Below, one piece after another: positions 26,793 through 39,129 of a stretch of 64,000 nt of DNA. Each line of letters begins with the position of its first letter. The first letter of the stretch is position 1. The stretch spans positions 130,572,001-130,636,000 of the forward strand of contig NC_042998.1 of NCBI RefSeq assembly GCF_006345805.1, written 5' to 3'. The notes under the pieces are model-generated. The model made no database searches. It was not told the DNA's origin and saw nothing but the letters and a program-made list of their open reading frames with translations. The DNA is from Octopus sinensis. Its lineage: Eukaryota. A program made the position numbers and the translations under genes.

Positions 26793-27794
26793 AATATATG
26801 TATATATGTATTTATGTGTGTGTGTATATTAATAAATGTTCATACACACAGAAGCGTATGCAATATATAGCTACACACTAAGCACTGTGATGATTCATCC
26901 TATTGTTTCTAAGCCTATCCATGTCATATACATTTCAATTGATTGAAATTCTCAGGCCACAGTTTCTGTGTCACCCCGTGTTGTGGTATATGAATCCTTC
27001 CTGAACGTGTCAAGGAAAGATAATCCGAAAACACCAGCCTCTGAACCTCTGATGTAGATAAAAAGAGTAACTTCCTAGCGTTCGTTAACATTGTAATATG
27101 CCAAAGTATTAGATCTATTACTTAAGCAGTTTAAAAAAGTAGTCATTATCTTGTATTATTTTCTTCCGTAGCTAAGCAAAAAAAAAAGAAAAGTAAAATG
27201 AGAGTAAATCGTATATTTCAGTATTTAATTAAATTATATTACATACTACGCATAGTTATGACTGCGTTATATAAGCCTTCTTAATCTAATGTAATCTAAT
27301 TTTGATCCTAACTTGAGCAAATATATGTAAACAATTTTATAAAAAAGCGGTAGATGAGAATCTGTATGCTAACACCACTTATAAGAAATGAGATCTGCAG
27401 TTGTGTGACTGTTAATAAACCCTATATTAATAATACTGTACGTAGTCATGGGCATATAACAAAATTTGATTCTGACACTTTATATGTCAAAACATAAATG
27501 AGTTATGAATAATTAAATATATTTCAGGCTACACCGTAATTACAGACAGAATTCTTCTTTTTTTATTAGATCTTTTATTACAACAAAGGAACTCTTCATA
27601 TATCGAAAAATTGTTATTTTTTTCTAATTTATTTATTTTTGATTTTTAATAAAGTTAACTTCAACAGCAAGTGCTTTAAAAATTGTGATATAATAAAACA
27701 ATAATAATCGTTTTTTAATAAAAGTTGTGCCATATAAAGCGTAAAGAAATAACTTTAACTGGAATCTATGGACGTACGTTTGTTTGTGTGCGGT

Positions 27795-27826
<32 letters not shown>

Positions 27827-27842
27827 TATATAGAGACGCGTA

Positions 27843-27958
27843 ACTTAGGGGTTAAGGTGTTGGACTGATGGTCGTAAGACTGTGGTTTTACGTTGCTCCT
27901 GTCAACTCAGCTAATTAAAATGAGTAAACCTGCGACTGACCGGCATTCCGTCCAGCTC
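27843..27958 (+). mobile_element. Internally deleted tRNA-SINE remnant
   Basis: ggttaaggtgttggactgatggtcgtaagactgtggttt (tRNA-like) joined to ttgctcctgtcaactcagct...aaaatgagtaaacctgcgactgaccggcattccgtccag. Confidence 0.6.
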
Positions 27959-28117
27959 TTCGTTCAGTATTTCCCCTGACCCACTTTCAGTTCTTCCAGG
28001 AAATGGAACTTGTACAGCCTTTATCATATATCGCACGACACGTCACATCGTAGATTGCAGCTGTCCACTAGTGTTCGAATGTCACTAACGGCTGCTGAAT
28101 TGGACTAAGGTGTTATT

Positions 28118-29005
28118 ATGAAGGCAGTTGAATGCAGATCAATGGCCAGGTTCTTATACTTGAAATGTCGTACACCAAAAGAGACTTTCGATGAGATGAA
28201 AGGGGGTTTACAATGGCGATAAACCATCATACGCCATAGTCAAGCACTGGCATTACCAGTTGAAATGTGATCGGACATCGGTGGAGACTGCTCTTATTCC
28301 TGGACGACCACATTCCGCCATTGATGCCGACATCATCCATAAAGTGGAAGCCGCATAACTATTCGGCAACTATCCCAAGAAGTGAAGATAAGTGTTGGGT
28401 CCGTGGAAAAAATCATTCACGACCATTTGCACATGCGGAAGTTTTCTGGACGATGGATTCCCCGGATAATCACTCATTTTCAGAAGCAACAACGAGTCAA
28501 TTACTTCCAGGATCTTTTAGCAATGTACCAAGAAAACGAAAAGAACTGTTTTGGCACACTTATCACACAGGACGAAACATGGATACATCATTATGATCCT
28601 GAGAATAAAGTCCAGTTGAAGAAATAGAAGCATGATAACTCACCACTTCCAAAGAAGGCTCGTCACCAACCCTCAGCAAGGTGATGCTCACAGTCTTTTG
28701 AAACCCTTGCGGAGTAGTGAGAAAGTTTTTTTTGGCGAAGGGCACCACATTTAACGGGGAATATGCTTTTCTGCAGCAGAAATTTCAAGACGCCATCAAG
28801 GTAGACATGCATGACATGCTGACCAAAGAAATTCACTTCTTCCAAGACAACGCCGCATGTCACAATGCGCATGGTACCCAAATGAATGCACACTGCATCG
28901 GCTTTGAAATCCTTCCTCATTCCCCTTGCGCTCCCGAACGCGCATCATCTAACTTCTATCTCTTTCCGATCATGCAGTCTTTTTGAAAGGAAATATTTTC
29001 CTGAG
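28118..29005 (+). pseudogene. Mariner transposase pseudogene
   Basis: MKAVECRSMARFLYLK...KETFDEMK N-terminus; HLHMRKFSGRWIPR (WVPHEL-like); ITQDETWIHHYDPE (first catalytic D); HFFQDNA (second D); FEILPHSPCAPERASSNFYLFP (decayed YSPDLAPSD); several stops and frameshifts. Confidence 0.93.
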
Positions 29006-29233
29006 ATTTCATACACACACATAGATACATGCATTATTTAACAAACACATCCTAAGAGTCTCATTCAGCTGTGCACCTAACCTAAAACAACATTTTAACA
29101 AGTACCTACAATACAAGGGAGGAGGTGACGTAGAAATTTTAAATTTTTGTCTTTATATAGAATCTGACGAGGAAAAGGCTTTGGATTTGTGGATGCAAAA
29201 CCTTGGGTAAAATTTTGTGGTAAATATATATAT

Positions 29234-29389
29234 ATATTTGCATAGTGTTCAATTACAAGTGGCATTTTCCTTGATTCAGCCTGTCTCTGTCTCTCTTGTT
29301 TACTATTGTGGGCTGGAGAACCAACAAGAGTGAACACGAGAGACAGTTACAAGGAAAATGCCACTTGTATTTGAACACTATGCAAATAT
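29234..29389. repeat. Long inverted repeat, 40-bp arms with one mismatch (fold-back / MITE-like)
   Basis: ATATTTGCATAGTGTTCAATTACAAGTGGCATTTTCCTTG (29234-29273) pairs with 29350-29389; inner ctgtctct/agagacag and ctcttgtt/aacaagag also pair. Confidence 0.88.
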
Positions 29390-30056
29390 TCTTTTAAAAA
29401 ACTTTTCTCTTAATTTTTCCAAAATTTAATTGCATTCCATACTTACAAGTGAAAACGTCTCAATGACTGAAACCGTTACTGAAATGTATTTTATAAAATT
29501 ATTTTAGAATTTTTTACCTTGCTTTATTCCATATATATCAACCATATATATAGGTCAGAGGAAAGTGCAACGGAGCGCTTTTCCCATTGTTCTACTAAGT
29601 CGTAAGAGCTAAGAAACTTACCAGTAAAATATATATTATACGTAACTCAAAATATTTTTTGTATCAGTCTGAAGAATAATATGCGTTGTGTATAGAACGC
29701 ATTATTTTCATTGACTTCCTTTCATAATGTATCTGCCAACCATCTAGCGGACAAATATTGAGTAAATAGTGAATGACTTTGATTTTGTTCCATAGATAAC
29801 GCGATAAATATGCAATCCGTAACTGAATAACAGAAGTCGCCATATATATGACGTATATGTCGTCATGATTATACAATCTAAATCACCATATTCTTTTTTT
29901 TGTATGTACTTAAATATGGACCATTGTTTATTAATATTGCAGACATGTTTTGTATTTATATTAATGGCTTGATACTCTTTTAGCAGTAATACTTTCCCTA
30001 TTTTGTTTTTTCTGTCCATCAATATCCCTCCCTATTCGTTTACACATAGGCGTCAC

Positions 30057-30099
<43 letters not shown>

Positions 30100-30353
30100 G
30101 TATACGCACTCATACACAAACACATACATATTTGTAATAAAATGTTGTTTATTACGCAATTCATTACAATATTTATACTTTCGACTCTAGTTGATGTAAT
30201 TTAACCAAAGAAGTAATGTGAGCTATTGCACTTTCTCCGTGTTTTTCTTCTTTCATTCATTATTTTTTCTCTTTTCGTTTATATTATATTGATGCGATAG
30301 AACAAAGAAAACGAAAATACGAAATAAGTAATAAAATTTAATTTATATCATAT

Positions 30354-30700
30354 TGGCGCAGTAGCTGTGTGGTAAGAGGTCTGCTTCTCGAGCACATGGT
30401 TTCGATTTCAGTTTCACTACGGCGGGCCAACCAAAGTTTTGTGAATTAATTTGGTAGAAGGAAACTGAAAGAAACTTGTCGTGCATGTATGTATGTATTA
30501 TGCAGGTAGGTATATGTGTTTGCATTTGACGCACCACTATGTCGGTAACTTAGCGGTTCTGCAAAGGAGGTCAATAAAATAAATACCCTTAAAGATAAAT
30601 AAATATGTACTGGGGTCGTTTCATTTCATCAAAGAAAATTCAGGTACGTGTTTCAGCAAAGCCGAAGTCTAAGGACTGAATAGAGATAAAAGAGAAGTAT
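30354..30700 (+). mobile_element. Degenerate type-D SINE
   Basis: ggcgcagtagctgtgtggtaag...cacatggtttcg...tttggtagaaggaaactgaaagaa...gtactggggtcg aligns to 37624-38026. Confidence 0.75.
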
Positions 30701-32087
30701 AAATTTCATTTAAACCTCGCATTAATAAGTTTCGTCATGATCATCAGTGAGAAAACAATTTATGAAATAACGTCGTTGGTGTTGTATCAAAGACCACAAT
30801 GTTGTTAGGAAGTTGAAACGAATCAAGGAAAAATAACTCGAAACGGAATGGTCTTTGGGAAAACTTAAAACCCACAACCAGAACAGTACTAAATTTAACA
30901 ATATGATTGTGTATATCGTACGTATTTCACAAATTACAGCTCAGTGTAGTTTCATGTTACAGTTAATGAAACATTTTAAATTTTGAAATTAAATAAAAGA
31001 AGTACAAAAATAAAAGAAGTGACTTAAACAATGACACATACAGACAAAATATATATTATAGATAGATAATAACATATAAGGTATGAAATGTAAACTGAAT
31101 TCTTATAATATATATTATAAATTATATATATTTCGTGATGATTTTTTTCTGTCTATTTATATTTGCTAATCACTAATTCTTATTATTATACATATACAAA
31201 TACATTTTGTCATATTGCATTATAAACATAGATATTCAGAGTATATATTAAAATACATATGACTACATGTATACACACAGGCAGACAAACATACACACAC
31301 ACTTAGACACATATACGTATATACATATATATATATATATTCAAGGAATATATAAAATCTTAATATACTCAGTATTATGGGCCTGCAAGCAATATATATT
31401 TCATTATATTAATGAATATGTATTTCCTATGTATGGGAGAAATCTTCGAGAAAGATTTTGTTATATAGCTCGAGGTTGACTTACATATAGTGGATAAAAT
31501 TAGGTGTATTAAAACGTGCTGAAACCGGACTAAAGAATTGTCGCTCAAATTCAAAGTGCAACATTGCCAAAATGTGTTATGTTGATTACTGCGAAAATTA
31601 CATTAAAGATACACGTTATCATCTTGGGAATACTCAGTCATAACCGCACTAAACAGTTCACTTTTCGAATAGCCCTAAAGTCTCAGGAAATTTTAATCAT
31701 AATCCATTTCATTAATCACATATACACACACAGTCACAAGCGTAAACACACACACACACACAGAATTAGACATACAAGCACGCACAATTAGACACACAGA
31801 CACAGACGTAAACGCAAACACGCACAATAACACACGCTCGAAAGTTTATATAACTCAAATTTACAGAGAACAGAAGACGAAAACAAGTGAGGGAACAATA
31901 ATCAAGTATATTAATATGACGCTCGGCGAGAATGGAAAAGTGTTTGACGTTTCAAGCCTAGGATCTTTGACGAAAAAGCGTTGAGAAAAACATATAGAGA
32001 GAAGGAAAAATGGAGAGAGAAGTGAAAGAAATAGAGAGAAAGAAAAATGTGAAAGGGTTAACGGTTAACATGATGAAATGACCTGAT

Positions 32088-32122
<35 letters not shown>

Positions 32123-32131
32123 TATATATAC

Positions 32132-32184
<53 letters not shown>

Positions 32185-32223
32185 TATATATATATAATAT
32201 ATATATATATGTATATATATATA
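32088..32223. repeat. (TA)n microsatellite with TAA interruptions
   Basis: Direct reading. Confidence 0.95.
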
Positions 32224-32609
32224 GGATATAACAGTTAATAATTTACAATAATGTGAGTGGCTATGATGAATAAAATAACCTTTAAGGCAAAATTAGCAAT
32301 TAATAATGAACGGTGCTACATGTAGCACCAGCATGCTAAAAATAGCAGTAAAAACAACTCAAAATCACAGATTTTTCTTGTTCACAAGGGCGGAATCGAG
32401 GAAGCGGGTAGTAAAATTTTAAGGCCCTTTCCATAGATGAAAAGAATTGAACATAAAATAAGACATACCCATATCACAGTGATTTCGAACTTTGTGGATG
32501 ATCACTTAGTTCTCATTAGTGAGTAATACTGACCCAGGGCCAAAAGTTTCGCCCTCGTGTACAAGTGAAAACTGTGGTCTTGAGTCGTTTTGACAGCTAT
32601 CTTTAGCGG

Positions 32610-32910
32610 TGATCGGGTTACCTTGAACGAGAGTTCAAGATAATCTAATCAACCGAACAACCTGTTCATGCAAGTGGCTGAGCACTTTACAGATACGCAT
32701 ACACATACGCAGTCCTCAAAAACATTCAGCGTTACATAGAGTGTGAAAATGTTGACCCTTTTATATACTAGTACTACTCACTTTTGCCAGTTCCGTGGAC
32801 TGGAGGAACGAGAAATTTATCGGGTTGCTGAAGGACACAATGCGCCGCCGGGAATCGAACTCGACGCTTCTCAAACGGGAGTCAAATACCCTAACCACTG
32901 TCACATAATC
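32610..32910 (-). mobile_element. Diverged tRNA-SINE sharing its 3' module with type A
   Basis: gcaagtggctgagcactttacagatacg...attcagcgttacatagagtgtga shared with type A; gggaatcgaactc is a reverse B-box; ccctaaccactg at the head. Confidence 0.75.
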
Positions 32911-33166
32911 CACTCAGGCATATGTATATATATATATATGTATTCATACACACGCGCACACGCGCAGATACATGTAGGACGAGGTACTTTCCGTATATAT
33001 ATATATATATATATGTTTAATTCTTCATAATTGAATTGATAAAAGGTGTTTTTTTCTAATTTATATATATATATATATATTATATTTTGTGATATTTGAT
33101 TTAGTATTTCTAAATTGAATTTTTCCCTGTAAGTTTGGAATAATATTCCCTCATATTATTATTATA

Positions 33167-33207
<41 letters not shown>

Positions 33208-33264
33208 AGTGTTTGTGTGTGTGTGCGTGTGTGTGTGTGTGTGTATATCATTCTGTTGTGTTTG

Positions 33265-33440
33265 TTTCCGCACCACCACTTTTGAAACCGGTGTTGGTGT
33301 GTTTGCATCCCCGTAATGTAAAGGTTCGTCAAATGAGATCGATATAATAAGTAGCATGCTTTAAAAAATAAGTACTGGGATCGATTCATTTGACTAAAAA
33401 TGGAAGGCTGTGCTACATCATGCCTGTGATTTAATGACAC
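33265..33440 (+). mobile_element. Type-D SINE, 3' half
   Basis: aaccggtgttggtgtgtttgcatccccgt...ggttcgtcaaatgagatcgatataataagta...aagtactgggatcgattcatttgactaaa. Confidence 0.75.
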
Positions 33441-33528
33441 CCACCGACACCCACACACACGCACACACGCATATATATAAATATGTGTGTGTGTGTGTTT
33501 ATATATATATATATAGATATATATAAAT

Positions 33529-33559
<31 letters not shown>

Positions 33560-34257
33560 CAAAAAAGTGTTCATACTCTGTATAATTTCAAGTATGTGTG
33601 TCTTCAGGCAATGTCTCGAATAATATATATATATATATGCAAGTATGTGTATGTGTGTATGGGCGTATGCTAATATATGGTGATATGTGAGCATATACGG
33701 ATATATGCATGTGTGTGTCTGGGTAAAGTGTTTTTAAAAGAGATTATTGAGTACGAGACATCGTAATTGCATACATCATAAATATGTGACCGTCTGCGCG
33801 TGAATTTTAAAATTTTAATAATCTTACTCCATAACACAAGTCAAGCATTCACAGTATTAGTTTTATTAGCTTGTATGTATTTTTTTAATATTGTATTACG
33901 TTCTTGTTGCTCTTTCCTTTTTCGTCTCTCTGTCCCTGTCCCTTCCCACGTCTCTCTCGAAATCTGTATTTCAGTAACCAATATTATTCTGTAATATCTT
34001 TTCTATTTATATACATTGATGTTTATGATGAAATATATAATATTAAGTTTATTATAAACTTTTCCAGCATTATATAACTTTCTGTACTGTATTGCACCAC
34101 ATCGTCCTTGCGTCACTAAGCATTACTGTGTCATAATATATTTTCTGATACATCAAAACAGCTACGTAGCTTTCTTTTTAAAAATCTCCTAACCTCATGT
34201 TTCTCAATTTCATGCCTTCTAACTTTATATAGCATTACCTGCCTGAAGATATATTTA

Positions 34258-34301
<44 letters not shown>

Positions 34302-34353
34302 GTCTGTCTACCTATCTATCTATCTATCTATCTATATATATATATCTACCTAC

Positions 34354-34429
<76 letters not shown>

Positions 34430-34447
34430 ATATATATATAATATATA

Positions 34448-34486
<39 letters not shown>

Positions 34487-34497
34487 ATCTATCTATC
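34258..34497. repeat. (CTAT)n/(TA)n array
   Basis: Direct reading. Confidence 0.95.
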
Positions 34498-34623
34498 TTT
34501 CTTTTCGTTTCTACGATCCCTTTGATCGAAAACCTACCCCACTTTTTTCTCCTCAAAAAGAAAAGCTCTACTTTGTAATTTGTCCTGTCTGTGACCAGCG
34601 TCGAGTGGTTAATAAAGAAACAT
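34498..34623 (+). mobile_element. Tx1-like LINE extreme 3' end (126 bp) inserted in (CTAT)n
   Basis: tacgatccctttgatcgaa...aaaagaaaagctctactttgtaatttgtc...tggttAATAAAgaaacat|atctatct, homologous to the 3' ends at 58830 and 59034. Confidence 0.88.
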
Positions 34624-34650
34624 ATCTATCTATCTATCTATCTATCTATC

Positions 34651-34695
<45 letters not shown>

Positions 34696-34698
34696 ATA

Positions 34699-34741
<43 letters not shown>

Positions 34742-34776
34742 CTATCTATCTATCTACCTACCCCCTACCTACCTAC

Positions 34777-34811
<35 letters not shown>

Positions 34812-34850
34812 CCTATCTACCTATCTATCTATATGTCTGTCTGTCTGTCT
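34624..34850. repeat. (CTAT)n/(TA)n array
   Basis: Direct reading. Confidence 0.95.
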
Positions 34851-35674
34851 TCTTTTTACTCCTGTCTCTCTTATTCTGTTTACGCATACATACCTACGCA
34901 CACATTTATTCATTTATCTATTCATATCTGTTTCATTTAATAAATATTTAAGCACAGAGTTCTTCAAATCATTAATTTAGACAATGAGTTTAATGAGATT
35001 GCCTTTTCAATAGCCGACAAATCTCCGCTGTAAGTGAGTGAGGTCTGCAGTTTGGTGTGTTTTGCTGGCGTAACTAATGTTTGAATATTATCATATATGC
35101 TATACACCGTTTCTGGATAGTCCAGGTAGGTCATTCCCAAACAGGTAACATATTTTTAATAAGGTATAACGTGGGAAATAATGTTCCTTTTTATCAGACA
35201 TGAAATATATCCTCCTTTCAATGAAGTTGTTACCTCGAGGTTGATTGAAATCACTAGAGAGCTTAAATCATTATATATTAGAATGTAAAGAAAGAGTGCA
35301 GCCAGCTACTCTGCTTGTAAAGTTATGGTTTAGGACCAATCCAGATCGCGAATAACTAAAGCGGTCCGCTATCCCAGCGATCTACTCTGCTGCTTCATGG
35401 CATAGTCTTACCTCCCAAGTCCACCGACTTGTCCGGGTTCTCTTTTCCTTTCGTACTACCATCGCCTCATATTCCTTTAGAATGTAATCGTCCAGCTGCA
35501 TATTCGTGGTGTCTGATACCATTACGTTACCGCCGTTCGCATCAGCCCCCACCCCCCAGCTCTCCCGTGTGCCAGCTCAAGGGATGAGACAGGACCTTCA
35601 GAACGTACTGGGCGCGCGATGTAAAACGGCTGCGTTGTCTGGTCATAAAATTTGTCTATCGACTACTACTACTA

Positions 35675-35714
<40 letters not shown>

Positions 35715-35844
35715 TCTTAAAGGAACTGAAAATCCCATGCAGGATTGATGTCTTGCAAAAATGACACAGTGCATATCTTAAGAAAAGTATTATCTGCCTG
35801 ATGTCCGTGTTGTGATTTGATAGATGACTAAATATTCCAGTGCA

Positions 35845-36034
35845 TTTATTATAGGCACTAGGCCAGAAATTTGGAAGAGGAGGAAAGTCGATTAACTGGT
35901 ACTTAATTTATCGAGCCTGAAAACATGAAAGGCAAAGTCGTCCTCGGCGGAATTTGAACACAGAACGTCGCGGCGGACGAAATGCCGATAAGCATTTCAC
36001 CCGGCGTGCTAATGATTCTGCCAGCTCGTTGCCT
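35845..36034 (-). mobile_element. Type-B SINE
   Basis: Reverse complement of the ggcaacgagctggcagaatcattagcacgccggg head and the core domain. Confidence 0.88.
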
Positions 36035-36039
36035 TTATT

Positions 36040-36326
<287 letters not shown>

Positions 36327-36841
36327 CCTACTCTGGTGCAGTAACAGATTCTGATCTTAAATGATTGGAAGTGCTATCATGTACACGTTTTTTCTTGGTA
36401 TAAAAGATGATCTACAATAAATATTCTGCTCGGTAGCACTGATTTGCTTGTCATTTGCTTGACCTTAACTAGTTGAGCATGTCCCTTGTTGGCTGACGAT
36501 ATGCGCATCTCTGATCACGAGCAGAATTTGTGGGGAGCATTCATAACCAAAGGAATTCTTTGAGGTGTGAATAATTCAACTCTGGAAATATGGGTGTTTC
36601 GCTCAACATCCTTAAACAACCGCTATTCGGGGACCTTTTGAATGGTATGGGTTACTCAACCTGAAGAAATTTTTAACTGGACCTCCACCTGCAAGATCAT
36701 GCGCTCTTTATCTTGAGGTGAGTTCACCATGTCCCGCACATATGATTATGTTGCATGTGCCTGGTGTACATTTATCAGATGGATTGTCATGATGGGTAGA
36801 CTGGGCTTCGTATATTTTATCCCATTGTCATTTTTGGTTTG

Positions 36842-36845
<4 letters not shown>
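36327..36845 (+). mobile_element. ~510 bp non-coding interspersed repeat between (ATA)n and (CTA)n
   Basis: Homologous along its length to the reverse complement of 43935-44842 (after removing the RTE insert); no tRNA head, TIR or ORF seen. Confidence 0.85.
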
Positions 36846-36873
<28 letters not shown>

Positions 36874-36882
36874 ACTACTACA

Positions 36883-36925
<43 letters not shown>

Positions 36926-37040
36926 TAGTTGTAACAATAATAACAATAGTAGTAGTAGTAGTAGTATTTGTAGTAGTAGTAAGAAGAAGAAGAAGAACAA
37001 CAACAACAACAACTGCAGCAGCAAGGACGACGATGACAAG

Positions 37041-37080
<40 letters not shown>

Positions 37081-37081
37081 G

Positions 37082-37116
<35 letters not shown>

Positions 37117-37170
37117 GTAATAATAATAGTAATAATAATAATAATAATAATATAATAATAATAATAATAA

Positions 37171-37201
<31 letters not shown>

Positions 37202-37400
37202 AAGAAGAAGGTGAAGAAGGTGAAGAAGAGGAAGAAGAACAAGAAGTAGGTGAAGAAGAAGAAGAAGAGAAGAAGAAGAAGAAGAAGAAGAAGAAGAAGA
37301 AGGTGAAGAAGAAGCAGAAGAAGAAGAAGAAGAAGAAGAAGAAGAAGAAGAAGAAGAAGAAGAAGAAGAAGAAGAAGAAGAAGAAGAAGAAGAAGGAAAA
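36843..37400. repeat. Long compound trinucleotide array (CTA)n-(AGT/AAC)-(AAT)n-(GAA)n
   Basis: Direct reading. Confidence 0.97.
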
Positions 37401-37623
37401 GAAGGAGAAAAGAAAGGAAAGTAAACGAAAACTTACGTACAGGAATTGCCATCCATGTAAATGGATAATGCTTATCAATGTCACTGTAAGTGACATACCC
37501 GAAACCATTAACAAAATAGCGTCTGGAAGAAAGTGTATGTGAAGAAATGAAGTATGAAACAGACAGCAAAATGTTATATTTATTGTATGTATGTGCATAT
37601 ATATATATATATATATATTTATA

Positions 37624-38026
37624 TGGTAAGTAGCTTGCTAACCAACCACATGGTTCCGGGTTCGGTTCCACTGCGTGGCATCTTGGGCAACTGTCTTCTG
37701 CTATAGCCCCGGGCCGACCAATGCCTTGTGAGTGGATTTGGTAGACGGAAACTGAAAGAAGCCTGTCGTATATATGTATATATATATATGTGTGTGTGTA
37801 TGTGTTTGTGTGTCTGTGATTGTCCCCCTAGCATTGCTTGACAACCGATGCTGGTGTGTTTACGTCCCCGTCACCTGGCGGTTCGGCAAAAGAGACCGAT
37901 AGAATAAGTACTGGGCTTACAAAGAATAAGTCCCGGGGTCGATTTTCTCGACTAAAAAGGCGGTGCTCCAGCATGGCCGCAGTCAAATGACTGAAACAAG
38001 TAAAAGAGTAAAAGAGTAAAAGAGAG
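37624..38026 (+). mobile_element. tRNA-derived SINE (type D, CORE-like) with internal TA/TG microsatellite and (TAAAAGAG)n tail
   Basis: ggtaagtagcttgc...ggttccgggttcggttcc (tRNA-like; first ~15 nt missing); gcatcttgggcaactgtctt resembles the CORE motif accttgggcaagt; tail repeats of gtaaaaga. Confidence 0.88.
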
Positions 38027-38070
38027 TATATATATATGTACGTATGTGTGTGTGTGTGTGTGTATAATAT

Positions 38071-38297
38071 AGAAAGCTTTTGGACGGAGGGTAGGAGATG
38101 AAACTTCGAAGTCCCTGTTATCCCTCACTTTCTAAAATCTTATAAATGTATGTGTGTATACATACAAACACACACACACATACACACACAGGCACACACA
38201 CACATATATATACACATATGTCTATTAAAATTTTAGAAAGTAAGGGATGACAGGGGCTTCGAAGTTTTGCCTCCTAACCTCCGTCCGAAGGCTTTCT
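38071..38297. mobile_element. MITE / fold-back element with ~70-bp TIRs and a microsatellite spacer
   Basis: 38071-38141 (agaaagcttttggacggagggtaggag...actttctaaaat) is the reverse complement of 38227-38297 with about 10 mismatches; the spacer is CA/TA repeats. Confidence 0.85.
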
Positions 38298-39095
38298 TTC
38301 AGGTATCATGCAATGCATCGCCTGTGGTAGTGGACATTGTTGTTTAATAAACCTCTTTTAACCTGATTACTGTAATCCTGGCTCGTTGTAAAGGTGTGTT
38401 TAGTTTTTAGCTGCCAGGACCCTGACTGTGCAGTCTATCTAGGTCAATCGTACACGTTACAAATGTGTGGTCTGTGTAGCTTATGATGTTGAAATGTGGA
38501 TAACCTGCGATTTCTCTGTTTACTTGTCTATAGAATACATCCACCTTATACGATCTAACTGACTCGATGATGTTTGCCCACGGTCATACTGACGCATTCA
38601 GCAATTCAAAGGCTTCTGTTTGTCAGTTAGAAGTGACTAAGTAGTTTTGTGAGGCACTTAAACCCACTTTCATGTCAGCTAGAACAACACACCCGTATCC
38701 AAGATAACGCTTCCGTCGCCCTCATACATCAAATAGCAAGACTTTACTGGGGAAAGTTCCAGGCATCTGAAGCTATCTGGCTGCTCTGCCCCAGTCATGT
38801 CATATACGGTGACTAGCCTAAATGACACACTGCTGATCAAACCCAGAAACACTAACTCAACGCCGACGCCCAGGAAGTTCGACTGCATTTCGAGGTCTAG
38901 GAACAGTGCAACCGTCTCACCACAGCATTTCATGTTCTATTCTGGAACGGTCATTTTTTTTTGTCATGCCAAATAATTACATGCACTCTGTATTCGTTCT
39001 TCACTTTATATTTATCATTGTTCTAAATTTTATGTTCGTTGTCTGGAAATCTTTCGTCACATTATGTTACCACTTCAACGTCTCTCCATCTCAAG

Positions 39096-39129
39096 TGTCT
39101 CCTCCTGTACTCCTGAACAGGAGGAGACA
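39096..39129. repeat. Perfect 13-bp hairpin
   Basis: TGTCTCCTCCTGT-actcctga-ACAGGAGGAGACA. Confidence 0.85.

Noticed and set aside
31895-31990. Penelope-like terminal motif tttgacgtttcaagcc (similar gtttcgcg at 22365)
   Set aside because: The motif is too short and there is no adjacent coding evidence.
36729-37671. Long ORFs with poly-N, Y, F, K, L and S runs
   Set aside because: They are translations of compound trinucleotide microsatellites with no complex sequence.
38640-38940. Possible Gypsy integrase C-terminal remnant (PVMSYTV)
   Set aside because: The similarity is only a few residues and there are no other LTR-element motifs nearby.
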